A stretch of 44,902 nt of DNA from Bacilli bacterium (GTDB lineage: Bacteria > Bacillota_I > Bacilli_A > RFN20 > CAG-826), in assembly GCA_044341785.1 (NCBI GenBank), contig JBIIRB010000002.1:1-44902 (forward strand). The letters run 5' to 3'. Positions 27,392 through 35,876 of the stretch are shown here, piece by piece. The notes under the pieces are model-generated. The model searched no databases and was not told the origin of the DNA. It saw only the letters and a program-made list of their open reading frames with translations. A program made the position numbers and the translations under genes. The stretch's first letter is position 1. Each line of letters starts with the position of its first letter.

Positions 27392-29308
27392 TTAATCGTT
27401 AGGCGGATAATGGGTCACGTGTTCGACTTCTTGTTGAATGAGGTCGATAAATGTCTTTAAAGGAACGGTGACTTGTTTTTCTTGTCCATATAAACGATAG
27501 GTGACTGTCCCTTGCGCTTGTTCATCATCCCCAATCACAACCGTATAAGGGATTTTTGCCATTTGCGAAGCCCGTAAACGGTATCCAAGTTTTTCATTCG
27601 CTTCATCGATCTCGGTGCGAATATGGGCTTGCATTAATGTTTGTTTAATCGCGTGAACGGTTTGGGCATGAATCGATTGATTCACAGGTAATAATCGAAC
27701 TTGAATCGGTGCAAGCCAAGCCGGGAATGCACCCGCATAATGTTCAATGAGAACCCCAATAAAGCGTTCGAGACTTCCATAGACAACACGGTGAAGCATA
27801 ATCGGACGAACCTTTTCATTGTTGTCATTGATGTACGTGATTGCAAATCGTTCCGGAAGATTCATATCCAGCTGAATCGTTCCACATTGCCACGTCCGAC
27901 CCACAGAATCTTTTAACTTAAAGTCTAATTTAGGACCGTAAAATGCACCGTCCCCTTCATTGATGGTGAAAACTTTTCCATTCACTTTACAAGCTTCTGC
28001 CAGTGCTTTTTCTGATACATCCCATGTAGCGACTTCCCCAATAAATTTTTCTTTGGGTCGCGTGGATAAATAAATCGAATAATCGATTTTAAACACTTTC
28101 GTATAAAAGAAATCAAATAACTTGATGAGTTCAGTTAATTCGGATTGTAATTGCTCCGGTGTGCAAAAGATGTGAGCATCGTCTTGGGTAAAGTTACGCA
28201 CACGAAATAAACCGTTTAATGCTCCCGAAGCTTCGTGGCGGTGGACTAATCCTAATTCACCCATCCGTATCGGTAAATTTTTGTAAGAATGTAAACCATT
28301 TTTAAACACCAGGATACTGCCAGGACAATTCATCGGTTTGATCGCAAATTCTTTATCATCAATTTCACTCGTGTACATATTTTCTTTGTAGTTATGCCAA
28401 TGACCAGAAATTTCCCAAAGTTCTTTTGAAAGCATGATGGGTGTTTGAACAAGTTCATAACCAGCCTTACGATGAACGTCATACCAAAATGTTTCTAATG
28501 TTTTTCTTAGCGCCATCCCTTTATCAAGCCAAAATGGGAAACCAGGACCGAAATCAGAAATCATAAAGAGTCCGAGTTCTTTACCGAGTTTTTTGTGATC
28601 GCGTTTTTTTCTTTCTTCAAGCATGGTTAGATGAGTCTCTAAATCTTTCTTGTTAAAGAAAGCTGTTCCGTAGATGCGCGTCAGTTGTTTGTTCTCACTT
28701 TTCCCTCTCCAATAAGCCCCAGCAAGGGATAATAATTTGAAGTTTTGTGAAAAAACGGTGGATGGAAAATGCGGTCCTAAACATAAATCCGTGAATTCGC
28801 CTTGTGTATACGAAGAAATAGTGCCTTTTAACTCTTTGATTAATTCAACCTTATAGGCATCTTGAGCAAAAAAAGTTAACGCTTCTGATTGTGAAAGCTC
28901 TCGTCGCCGGATAGGAAAATTCGCCTTGGCTAATTCGAGCATTTTTGCTTCGATTTTTGGAAATTCTTCTTCAGAGATCATCTGTGGAAAATCAATGTCA
29001 TAATAAAAACCTTCATCAATAGCGGGTCCAACTCCAAATCGAACACCAGGATAAAGTGAAGTGAGCGCTTGTGCTAATAAATGCGATGTATCATGCCTGA
29101 GCATGAATAATGCTTCAGCATCTTTTTCGGTGATAAGTTGGAACGTGCCACTTTCAGTGATTGGAATATACAAATCTTTTAATATTCCATTGAGCTTATA
29201 AGCAAGTGATTTCTTGGCCAACGTTGGACTAATTTTTTTAGCAACGTCTTCCCCAGTTATGCCTTGTTCAACTTCCATTGTTTTGCCATCGAGTAATGTT
29301 AAGACCAT
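27392..29308 (-). CDS. thrS: Threonyl-tRNA synthetase
   Basis: It has a TGS N-domain, the editing-domain motif 'LRHDTSHLLAQA', and class II core 'FRVRNFTQDDAHIF' and 'GAFYGPK'. The start at 29308 ('MVLTLLDG') is preceded by 'AAGGAGGA'. The 9-codon upstream extension would run into the T-box terminator. Confidence 0.95.
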   Translation of the reverse strand: MVLTLLDGKTMEVEQGITGEDVAKKISPTLAKKSLAYKLNGILKDLYIPITESGTFQLITEKDAEALFMLRHDTSHLLAQALTSLYPGVRFGVGPAIDEGFYYDIDFPQMISEEEFPKIEAKMLELAKANFPIRRRELSQSEALTFFAQDAYKVELIKELKGTISSYTQGEFTDLCLGPHFPSTVFSQNFKLLSLAGAYWRGKSENKQLTRIYGTAFFNKKDLETHLTMLEERKKRDHKKLGKELGLFMISDFGPGFPFWLDKGMALRKTLETFWYDVHRKAGYELVQTPIMLSKELWEISGHWHNYKENMYTSEIDDKEFAIKPMNCPGSILVFKNGLHSYKNLPIRMGELGLVHRHEASGALNGLFRVRNFTQDDAHIFCTPEQLQSELTELIKLFDFFYTKVFKIDYSIYLSTRPKEKFIGEVATWDVSEKALAEACKVNGKVFTINEGDGAFYGPKLDFKLKDSVGRTWQCGTIQLDMNLPERFAITYINDNNEKVRPIMLHRVVYGSLERFIGVLIEHYAGAFPAWLAPIQVRLLPVNQSIHAQTVHAIKQTLMQAHIRTEIDEANEKLGYRLRASQMAKIPYTVVIGDDEQAQGTVTYRLYGQEKQVTVPLKTFIDLIQQEVEHVTHYPPND

Positions 29309-29532
29309 AAAGTCCTCCTTAAAAAATAAAAGCATCCCATCATAAGGACGCTTGCACGCGGTACCACCTTAGTTTACAAACGTGTGTTTGTACACTCAAT
29401 CCTCGTAACGAGAGGGACGATCGATTTATTCATCGATAGCTCAGAAGGGGTCTTTTAAGGTGTTTGATTTCTGTTGCACCACGACCAGAAATTCTCTGAA
29501 CAAATAAACTTAAAAGGTGTCTTCGTCATCGC
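29309..29532 (-). promoter_or_regulatory. T-box leader controlling thrS
   Basis: Read on the minus strand, Stem I has 'AGAGA' and 'GGTGCAA'. An ACC (Thr) triplet lies in the expected specifier region. The T-box 'AAGGTGGTACCGCG' is at plus coordinates 29357-29370. The terminator 'AAGCGTCC..GGATGCTT' plus TTTATTTTTT sits directly before the SD. Confidence 0.85.
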
Positions 29533-29538
29533 CCTTTT

Positions 29539-29566
29539 ATTATAAGTTGTTTCAAATGATTGTCAA
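29539..29566 (-). promoter_or_regulatory. Near-consensus sigma-A-type promoter for the thrS leader
   Basis: On the minus strand: TTGACA (29561-29566), 16 nt, then TATAAT (29539-29544). The -35 lies inside the last codons of the glucokinase gene. Confidence 0.6.
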
Positions 29567-30406
29567 TCCGCGATGATGGAGTAAACCAAATTCAGCCGCC
29601 CCAATTAAACCAGCATCTTGCCCGAATTGGGAAAACTGGATGTTCACGGACGGTGTTAATTGTTTTAATCGATCCAAAAACATATGCTTCGATTTTAAGA
29701 CGCCGCCCGTAAGAATCACCATCTCCGGTTGGAAGGTGGTTTGAATAAAAAGAAACATCCCTTGTAATATATTTAGCCAACTTTGAAGGGTTGCTAACGC
29801 TAAAGAATTTTTTTGTTGAGCCTGTTCAAACAAAACAATAGGAGAAGATACTTTTAATCCATGTAAGGAAGCTAATTGGATTAAACCTTGGCCAGAAGCA
29901 ATGGATTCTAATTCATAGAATTGATTGCGAAACTTAACCATCGTGTGACCAATTTCTTCGCTTGCAATTTTGACTTGATGGTTTGAAATAAAAGCGCCAC
30001 CAATACCCGTTGAGATGGTTAAAAAAAATGAAGATTGGGCTTGTTTGCCCATGCCTAAATTACCTTCAGCAATCGCTGCCATGACGGCATCATTTTCGAC
30101 ATAAATGGGTTTTTTAAAGGCATCAAAAAGAAAGGATTGTAATGGAACATCAAATACTTTGATATTGGGAAGAACATCAATTTTTCCAGTCCCAGAAACA
30201 CGACCAGGAACGCCAAGAGAAATGCCTATAACATCATGCCAAGGTGGATTGAGACTTTCAATCGTGGTTTTAACTTGATTGAGTAGGCTAGGTAAATGAC
30301 CAATTTGTGTTGGCTGAACAATGGATTTAATGAGTGTTAATTTTTCATCAAAAAGTGCTGTACGAATATTGGTTCCACCAAGATCAACCGCAACCATCAT
30401 TTTCAT
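29552..30406 (-). CDS. ROK-family sugar kinase (glucokinase-like)
   Basis: Contains the ATP motif 'AVDLGGTNIR', 'YVENDAVMAA', 'GIGGAF' and 'EEIGH'. ATGA overlap with pyk. The ROK zinc Cys motif is absent (see findings). Confidence 0.85.
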   Translation of the reverse strand: MKMMVAVDLGGTNIRTALFDEKLTLIKSIVQPTQIGHLPSLLNQVKTTIESLNPPWHDVIGISLGVPGRVSGTGKIDVLPNIKVFDVPLQSFLFDAFKKPIYVENDAVMAAIAEGNLGMGKQAQSSFFLTISTGIGGAFISNHQVKIASEEIGHTMVKFRNQFYELESIASGQGLIQLASLHGLKVSSPIVLFEQAQQKNSLALATLQSWLNILQGMFLFIQTTFQPEMVILTGGVLKSKHMFLDRLKQLTPSVNIQFSQFGQDAGLIGAAEFGLLHHRGLTII

Positions 30407-31857
30407 AAAACGGATTCTTTAACCTCTTTAATCGTAATGATTTTCATAAAATTCGTTGAGCCCACTCCGGTGGGAACGCCGCCAGTTAAAATAATTTGAT
30501 CACCAGGCTTTAATCCTAATTGACGCGCTTTGAGAATAGCAAAAGCTTCCATTTCTTCAATTAACTGCGGTAAACGGGGTGCTAGATAAGAATAAATACC
30601 CCATGTTAATCCTAACGACAATACCGTTTCCCGTCGATCAGAAATCGCAATGATTGGGCAAAATGGCCGTGCTTTGGCAATGCGCCTTGCTGAACCACCA
30701 GTTTCAGTAAAGGTGATGATGACGCGTGCATTAATTAATAAAGCGGTATTGGCAACGGAATTCGCAATGGCATCAGAGTTATTTTTTTGTGAATATTGAT
30801 AAGCTTCGTTAGCAAGTTCACGATAATTCAATTCTTTTTCCATGGTGACGGCGATTCGGGATTGCATGTCCACGGATTCTACAGGATATTTTCCAGAAGC
30901 TGATTCAGCAGATAACATCACCGCATCTGTTCCTTCTAAGATGGCATTGGCAACGTCAGAAACTTCAGCACGTGTTGGACGAGGTAAAGATTGCATGCTA
31001 TCCAGCATTTGGGTGGCCGTAATAACTGGCTTGCCAACCCGACGGCATAGTTGAGTAATGCGTTTTTGTATGATGGGAACTTGCTCAGCAGGAACTTCCA
31101 CACCTAAGTCACCACGGGCAATCATAATGCCATCCGCAACAGAAAGTATTTCTTCTAAGTTAGAAACGCCTTCGGGATTTTCAATTTTGGCAATGATTAA
31201 AATATTGGGTCTTCCATATTTTTTTAAAATGCTTTTGATATCCAATATATCTTGTTTGCGACGCGTAAAACTTGCGGCAATAAAATCAACTTGATGCTCA
31301 CAACCAAAGGCAAAATCCTTTTCATCTTGCTCGGAAATAAAAGGCATCGACAATCGCGCAAATGGAGCGTTTAAACCTTTTTTTGTTTTGATAAAATGGC
31401 TGTTCATCGCTTGGCAAACCAATTCACGATTAACAGCATCTTTTTCGATGATTTTTAACGATAAATTACCATCATCGATTTTCAGCAAATCACCTAGTTT
31501 AACATCATCAAAGAGCAAAGGATAGGTGACGGAGAATTTTTGATGATTACCAAGAAGCGGTTTCATCGAAACACGAATGATTTGATGATGTTCAATTGGT
31601 GCGACATCATTTTCAATGACACCTAGACGAATTTCTGGTCCTCGACTGTCGAGCATCACGGGGATGTATATGCCTCGTTCTCGTTCTATCCGTCGAACCA
31701 ATTCGATTTTTTTTAAATGTTGTTGATGGTCACCGTGCGAAAAGTTGACGCGCATGACATTCATCCCAGCGTCAATCAGTTTGTTTAAAGTTTCAAAATT
31801 ATCGGTCGCAGGACCAATGGTGGCAACAATTTTAGTTTTTTTGAATAGTTCTTGCAT
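30403..31857 (-). CDS. pyk: Pyruvate kinase
   Basis: Contains 'TKIVATIGPA', 'MNVMRVNFSHG', 'IIAKIENPEG', 'IMIARGDLGVE' and 'VITATQMLDSM'. At 484 aa it has no PEP-utiliser C-terminal extension. Confidence 0.95.
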   Translation of the reverse strand: MQELFKKTKIVATIGPATDNFETLNKLIDAGMNVMRVNFSHGDHQQHLKKIELVRRIERERGIYIPVMLDSRGPEIRLGVIENDVAPIEHHQIIRVSMKPLLGNHQKFSVTYPLLFDDVKLGDLLKIDDGNLSLKIIEKDAVNRELVCQAMNSHFIKTKKGLNAPFARLSMPFISEQDEKDFAFGCEHQVDFIAASFTRRKQDILDIKSILKKYGRPNILIIAKIENPEGVSNLEEILSVADGIMIARGDLGVEVPAEQVPIIQKRITQLCRRVGKPVITATQMLDSMQSLPRPTRAEVSDVANAILEGTDAVMLSAESASGKYPVESVDMQSRIAVTMEKELNYRELANEAYQYSQKNNSDAIANSVANTALLINARVIITFTETGGSARRIAKARPFCPIIAISDRRETVLSLGLTWGIYSYLAPRLPQLIEEMEAFAILKARQLGLKPGDQIILTGGVPTGVGSTNFMKIITIKEVKESVL

Positions 31858-31860
31858 ATT

Positions 31861-32841
31861 TTATTTAATGGTGTCAATCACTTTTGCAATGTGATCATGA
31901 CGCTTTCTTTGCATGGATAAGGCTTCGTATATATCAAAATCCTTAAGTTCATTGCCGATGATTCCAATACAACGGCCGGATTTATTCTCATCAATGCACT
32001 GAACAGCATACTCACCCATCCGCGAGGCGAGGATGCGGTCAAAAGCAGAAGGAGATCCTCCACGCTGGATCCGACCCAATACTTCAGGACGGGTTTCAAA
32101 ACCAGTTGCTAATTCAATTTCGCGAGCTAATTCTTGTAAGTCAAACACTTTTTCTGAAACAAGAATCATCGCGTGTTTCTTTTTTGATAACTTTTGTGCA
32201 TTCATCGCAGCAATAATTTCATCCTTCGGAATAAGATGATCAGAAGCAACGATTAATTCAGCCCCACATGCTAAACCACCAAAAATGGCTAAATCACCAC
32301 AATGGTTACCCATCACTTCAATGATTGAACACCGTTGATGCGATGATGTGGTATCACGCAGTTTATCAACCGCATCAACAATCGTATTTAAACACGTATC
32401 AAAACCGATCGTGTAATCGGTGCAGGCAATATCATTATCGATGGTTCCAGGTAAGCCAATACAATTGATTCCCATTTCAGAAAGTCTTTTAGCGCCCATA
32501 TACGTGCCATCGCCACCAATGACAACTAAGGCATCGATGTGATGTTTTTTTAATTGTTCTACTGCTTTTTTTCTTACTTCTAGGTTTGCAAATTGAGGAA
32601 GACGGGCGGACCGCAAAATGGTGCCACCTTTATCAATGATTTGGGATACAAAAGAGCGATCGACTTGTTCAATATTCCCTTCAACTAATCCTTTATAGCC
32701 ATCATAAATTGCATACATAGAAAAACCTTTTTTAATACCCGCTCGGATAATGGCCCGAACGGCAGCGTTCATACCCGGAGAATCTCCCCCGGAAGTTAAG
32801 ACGCCAATGGCGCGTTTTTGATTATTCATAATCGTTATCAT
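31861..32841 (-). CDS. pfkA: ATP-dependent 6-phosphofructokinase
   Basis: Contains 'IGVLTSGGDSPGMNAAVRA', 'VVIGGDGTYMGA', 'GLPGTIDNDI', 'IEVMGNHCGD' and 'LGRIQRGGSPSAFDR'. An alternative start at 32829 ('MNNQKR') is equally plausible. Neither start has a strong SD. Confidence 0.95.
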   Translation of the reverse strand: MITIMNNQKRAIGVLTSGGDSPGMNAAVRAIIRAGIKKGFSMYAIYDGYKGLVEGNIEQVDRSFVSQIIDKGGTILRSARLPQFANLEVRKKAVEQLKKHHIDALVVIGGDGTYMGAKRLSEMGINCIGLPGTIDNDIACTDYTIGFDTCLNTIVDAVDKLRDTTSSHQRCSIIEVMGNHCGDLAIFGGLACGAELIVASDHLIPKDEIIAAMNAQKLSKKKHAMILVSEKVFDLQELAREIELATGFETRPEVLGRIQRGGSPSAFDRILASRMGEYAVQCIDENKSGRCIGIIGNELKDFDIYEALSMQRKRHDHIAKVIDTIK

Positions 32842-32874
32842 TTTACCATTAAAAAAAAAGGATGATGGTAATTG

Positions 32875-33690
32875 TTAAGAAGCTTCTTTCCAACGGTTTA
32901 ATGCTTTTTTTGTTTTTCCACTTACTGGAAAAGGGGTTTTTGAACGCGTTGAAGATAAACTATGTTTTTCTCCTCGGACAATTACTTTCCAACTTTGTGC
33001 TTTTCCTAAAACTTTTTCAACAAGTTTTTGTGTGGCTTGATAATCAAACATTTTGCAAGAAAAAATGTCAAAATAAGCAGTTTTTGATGCTAGATGGTAA
33101 TGCACGCTAATATGACTTTCGGCAATCATAATGAATCCAGTGAGATAAGTTGGACTTAAACGTTGATCAAGCATAACTTGAGCACGGGTAATTGGCGTCA
33201 TTTGAATATCGGCAATGAGGGATTCTAACAATGAGGATAATGTTTCCATGGTCAATGAAGGTAGTTGAAAAGTCCCTAAAACGTGGGGACCAAAAACTTC
33301 ACTTGGTTGAAAGGATTGAATCTTAAAAGAAAGTTCTTTTCTAGATTCGTTAAGGGATAAGCTACTTTTGGGTTCAAACGGAAAGTGTTTTTGAAACAAT
33401 TGATTGATAAGTTTTACATCGCATGACTGCGGCATCAATACATCAACGAAATAACAAGAACGAAGTGGGAACGTATGAATCGTGATATGGCCCCCTTTTA
33501 AAAGTAAATAGGAGGATACGCCGTTATCAACAGGAACAACGCCATGGTCATAGGGAAGTAAAAAGGCGGGTGCGATTGGTTTTAAGTTTAAATCCAAAGC
33601 AATTAAATTAAGGGCTTGATTGATGTAACGAATGTCAAACAAATCGTTTGTGTTTTTTGCCCCATATGCATCTAAAACATAATGATTCAT
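32875..33690 (-). CDS. Tandem-duplicated S-adenosylmethionine-decarboxylase-fold (SpeD/SpeH class 1-like, pyruvoyl) protein
   Basis: Both halves resemble bacterial SpeD. The N-half reads 'GVSSYLLLKGGHITIHTFPLRSCYFVDVL'. The C-half reads 'LTGFIMIAESHISVHYHLASKTAYFDIFSC', with the Glu-Ser-His processing motif (GAA AGT CAT at 33120-33112). ATG 33690 is preceded by 'AGGAG'. I rejected the TTG extension to 33723. Confidence 0.75.
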   Translation of the reverse strand: MNHYVLDAYGAKNTNDLFDIRYINQALNLIALDLNLKPIAPAFLLPYDHGVVPVDNGVSSYLLLKGGHITIHTFPLRSCYFVDVLMPQSCDVKLINQLFQKHFPFEPKSSLSLNESRKELSFKIQSFQPSEVFGPHVLGTFQLPSLTMETLSSLLESLIADIQMTPITRAQVMLDQRLSPTYLTGFIMIAESHISVHYHLASKTAYFDIFSCKMFDYQATQKLVEKVLGKAQSWKVIVRGEKHSLSSTRSKTPFPVSGKTKKALNRWKEAS

Positions 33691-33823
33691 AATTACTCCT
33701 AATTTCCGTAATAATGCTAACAAAATAAGCTATTTTAAGCAATCAAAATTACTTCATTAAATTCCAAGTTATTTTTTACTTAACTATCAAATAAATTAGG
33801 TTATAATTGAAAGGCAATAGCTT

Positions 33824-34966
33824 ATGAGAAAACTAAATAAACAAGATTATTTCTCTGTGAGAACATCATCCCTTTTGTCACAAACCGATGTCCAAATTCT
33901 TTTAGACTTATATCAACCGATGATTACCGCACATGGTGTTGCCATTTATGCCACCTTAAGTCGCCTTTATGAACGTCGTGAACAACAACCGATGATGAGT
34001 TTTGAAAACTTTTTTCATTTAACACAATTAGATCATGTTCAATTTTCAACGGCCATTGAATTGTTAGAAGGCATTGGACTTATCAAAACCTTTCATCAAT
34101 TATTAAGTGATTCGACGCATTGGGTTTTTGAATTATATTCACCTAAATATCCACAAGAATTTTTTCATGATCCGATTTTGAGTGGTCTTTTAAAAAAATA
34201 CATTGGTGAAACGTTGCACCTTCAATTACAAAGTCTTTATCTCACCTTACCTGATGAAGAGGGTTACGAAGAAGTAACACGATCTTTTTTAGAAACTTAT
34301 CATCCTGATTTGAATGATCCCAATTTTTTTGCACCCCCGCAACATCGATTACAAGGGAAAAACCAAGCCACCATTGTTCATCAATTTGATCAAGCTCTTT
34401 TTGAACAGCATATGCAGCAGTATTTTGTTAAAGAGCGTTATGCTTTCACCGCTGAGGATATGCAACTCATTGCACACTATGTTGCATTAAGTGGTATTGA
34501 TGAAACAGCGATGGCGGAAATTGTTTCTACTGTGTTACAAGAGAATCAATTCAAAGCGATTGCTTTTGACCGTGTTTTAAAACTGGCAGCACAAGAACGT
34601 CAATTACCGTTTGTTCGAAACCGAAAAAAGCCTAATTTAGTTCAAGATCCTAAAACGAACTTAGGTCAAAAAATTAATTTAATGGAAAGCACCAATCCCA
34701 TTGATTTTCTTCGCTATGTTCAACAAGGAACACAACCTACTGGACCAGACATTAAGCTGGTGAATGATTTAAGTCTCAAACAAGGGCTATCTTTTCCTGT
34801 CATCAATGCACTTATTGACTATGTATTGCAAAAAAAGAATAATACTTTACCTCGCGCCTATGTTGAAAAAATTGCCTCCACACTAGCACGAGAACAGATT
34901 GTTCATGCCATCGATGCCATGGATTTCTTAATGAAAATTGCCGATCAATATAAAGGAAAATCCTAA
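33824..34966 (+). CDS. dnaB: Bacillus-type replication initiation/helicase-loading protein DnaB (DnaD-domain family; not the helicase)
   Basis: It lies immediately upstream of dnaI. It has an N-terminal winged-helix-like region and a C-terminal DnaD-like repeat with 'PRAYVEKIASTLARE' (a YxxxIxxxW-type motif with W replaced by L). TATAAT at 33802-33807. Confidence 0.7.
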   Translation: MRKLNKQDYFSVRTSSLLSQTDVQILLDLYQPMITAHGVAIYATLSRLYERREQQPMMSFENFFHLTQLDHVQFSTAIELLEGIGLIKTFHQLLSDSTHWVFELYSPKYPQEFFHDPILSGLLKKYIGETLHLQLQSLYLTLPDEEGYEEVTRSFLETYHPDLNDPNFFAPPQHRLQGKNQATIVHQFDQALFEQHMQQYFVKERYAFTAEDMQLIAHYVALSGIDETAMAEIVSTVLQENQFKAIAFDRVLKLAAQERQLPFVRNRKKPNLVQDPKTNLGQKINLMESTNPIDFLRYVQQGTQPTGPDIKLVNDLSLKQGLSFPVINALIDYVLQKKNNTLPRAYVEKIASTLAREQIVHAIDAMDFLMKIADQYKGKS

Positions 34967-34967
34967 G

Positions 34968-35876
34968 ATGAAAAAACTATCAACTGATTCAATCTTACCT
35001 CAAGATTTAAAAAATTTAGATACAGAATTAGAACTTGAATACACTCGGTTAACTTCGAATCCGGTTTTCAAAAAAGTCATTGAAGATTTAAAGCTCAATG
35101 ATCGAGAAATTCGCTATCATTTATCGACATTTTTGCTTTTTAATAGCCCTGATAATGACCCACAACATTGCACAAATCCTGATCGATGCACAGAGAAAAA
35201 ACATCATTTATTAAAAGTATTTCGCTCTGACAGTGGTTCTATTTATCGAACCCAGGAACCATGCCCGCTTTATCAAGCCGCGCTTGATTTAGAAACTTAT
35301 CTGCAACTGAGTGATTTTACTGAAGGCTGGGAAACCAAACCTTACTTTTTGGATGGAAAATTTGAAAGACGAGAACGAAAAGAACTCGAAGAACGCTTTC
35401 TTGGAATCATCAATAAGTCATCCAAAAAATGGCTTTATTTGACCGGTTCATTTTCAAGTGAAAAAAGTCCTTTAATGGCTTCTTTTAGTCTCCTTTTAGC
35501 CCAACAAAAACGTTTTGTTTCATTCATGAATGCACCGAAGCGTTTCAATGAATTGATGACGGCGAGTATTGAAAATAAAGTTCAATTCGAAAAATCATTT
35601 AAAGATCTTATTGATGTGGATGTGCTCATCGTTGATGAATTAGGCAATGAATTCAAAAGCGAATTTGTACGGGATCGTATCGTTTATCCCTTGTTCTTAG
35701 AACGTGCGAAAAATAAAAAAGTGACCTGTTTAGTCTCTGATTTTGATTTGGTTGATTGGATTAAAATGTATCGGATTGGCACCGCTGGAGAATTAAAAAG
35801 CAAACAATTAGGCAATTTATTTTCTGAAATGGTAGGTAAGACACTTACGTTAAGCGGGCTGAATGCTCAGTTATAA
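34968..35876 (+). CDS. dnaI: Helicase loader DnaI (AAA+), with atypical Walker A
   Basis: It is collinear with B. subtilis DnaI: 'KWLYLTGSFSSEKSPLMASFSLLLAQ' aligns with 'KGLYLYGKFGVGKTFMLAAIANELAE'. Walker B is 'VLIVDELGNEF'. N-domain Cys/His residues are 'QHCTNPDRCTEKKHH...EPCP'. ATG 34968 follows the dnaB stop and 'AAAGGAAAA'. Confidence 0.75.
   Translation: MKKLSTDSILPQDLKNLDTELELEYTRLTSNPVFKKVIEDLKLNDREIRYHLSTFLLFNSPDNDPQHCTNPDRCTEKKHHLLKVFRSDSGSIYRTQEPCPLYQAALDLETYLQLSDFTEGWETKPYFLDGKFERRERKELEERFLGIINKSSKKWLYLTGSFSSEKSPLMASFSLLLAQQKRFVSFMNAPKRFNELMTASIENKVQFEKSFKDLIDVDVLIVDELGNEFKSEFVRDRIVYPLFLERAKNKKVTCLVSDFDLVDWIKMYRIGTAGELKSKQLGNLFSEMVGKTLTLSGLNAQL

Noticed and set aside
32862-33110. 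An 82-aa plus-strand ORF spanning the gap between pfkA and the AdoMetDC-like gene.
   Set aside because: It is mostly antisense to the conserved C-half (including the ESH motif region) of the AdoMetDC-like gene. Its Leu/Phe-rich sequence is typical of antisense reading of AT-rich coding DNA.
33691-33823. The divergent intergenic region between the AdoMetDC-like gene and dnaB, considered as a site for a riboswitch or small RNA.
   Set aside because: It is only 133 nt and very AT-rich. I could find no conserved riboswitch motif or stable hairpin. It is best explained as two back-to-back promoters.
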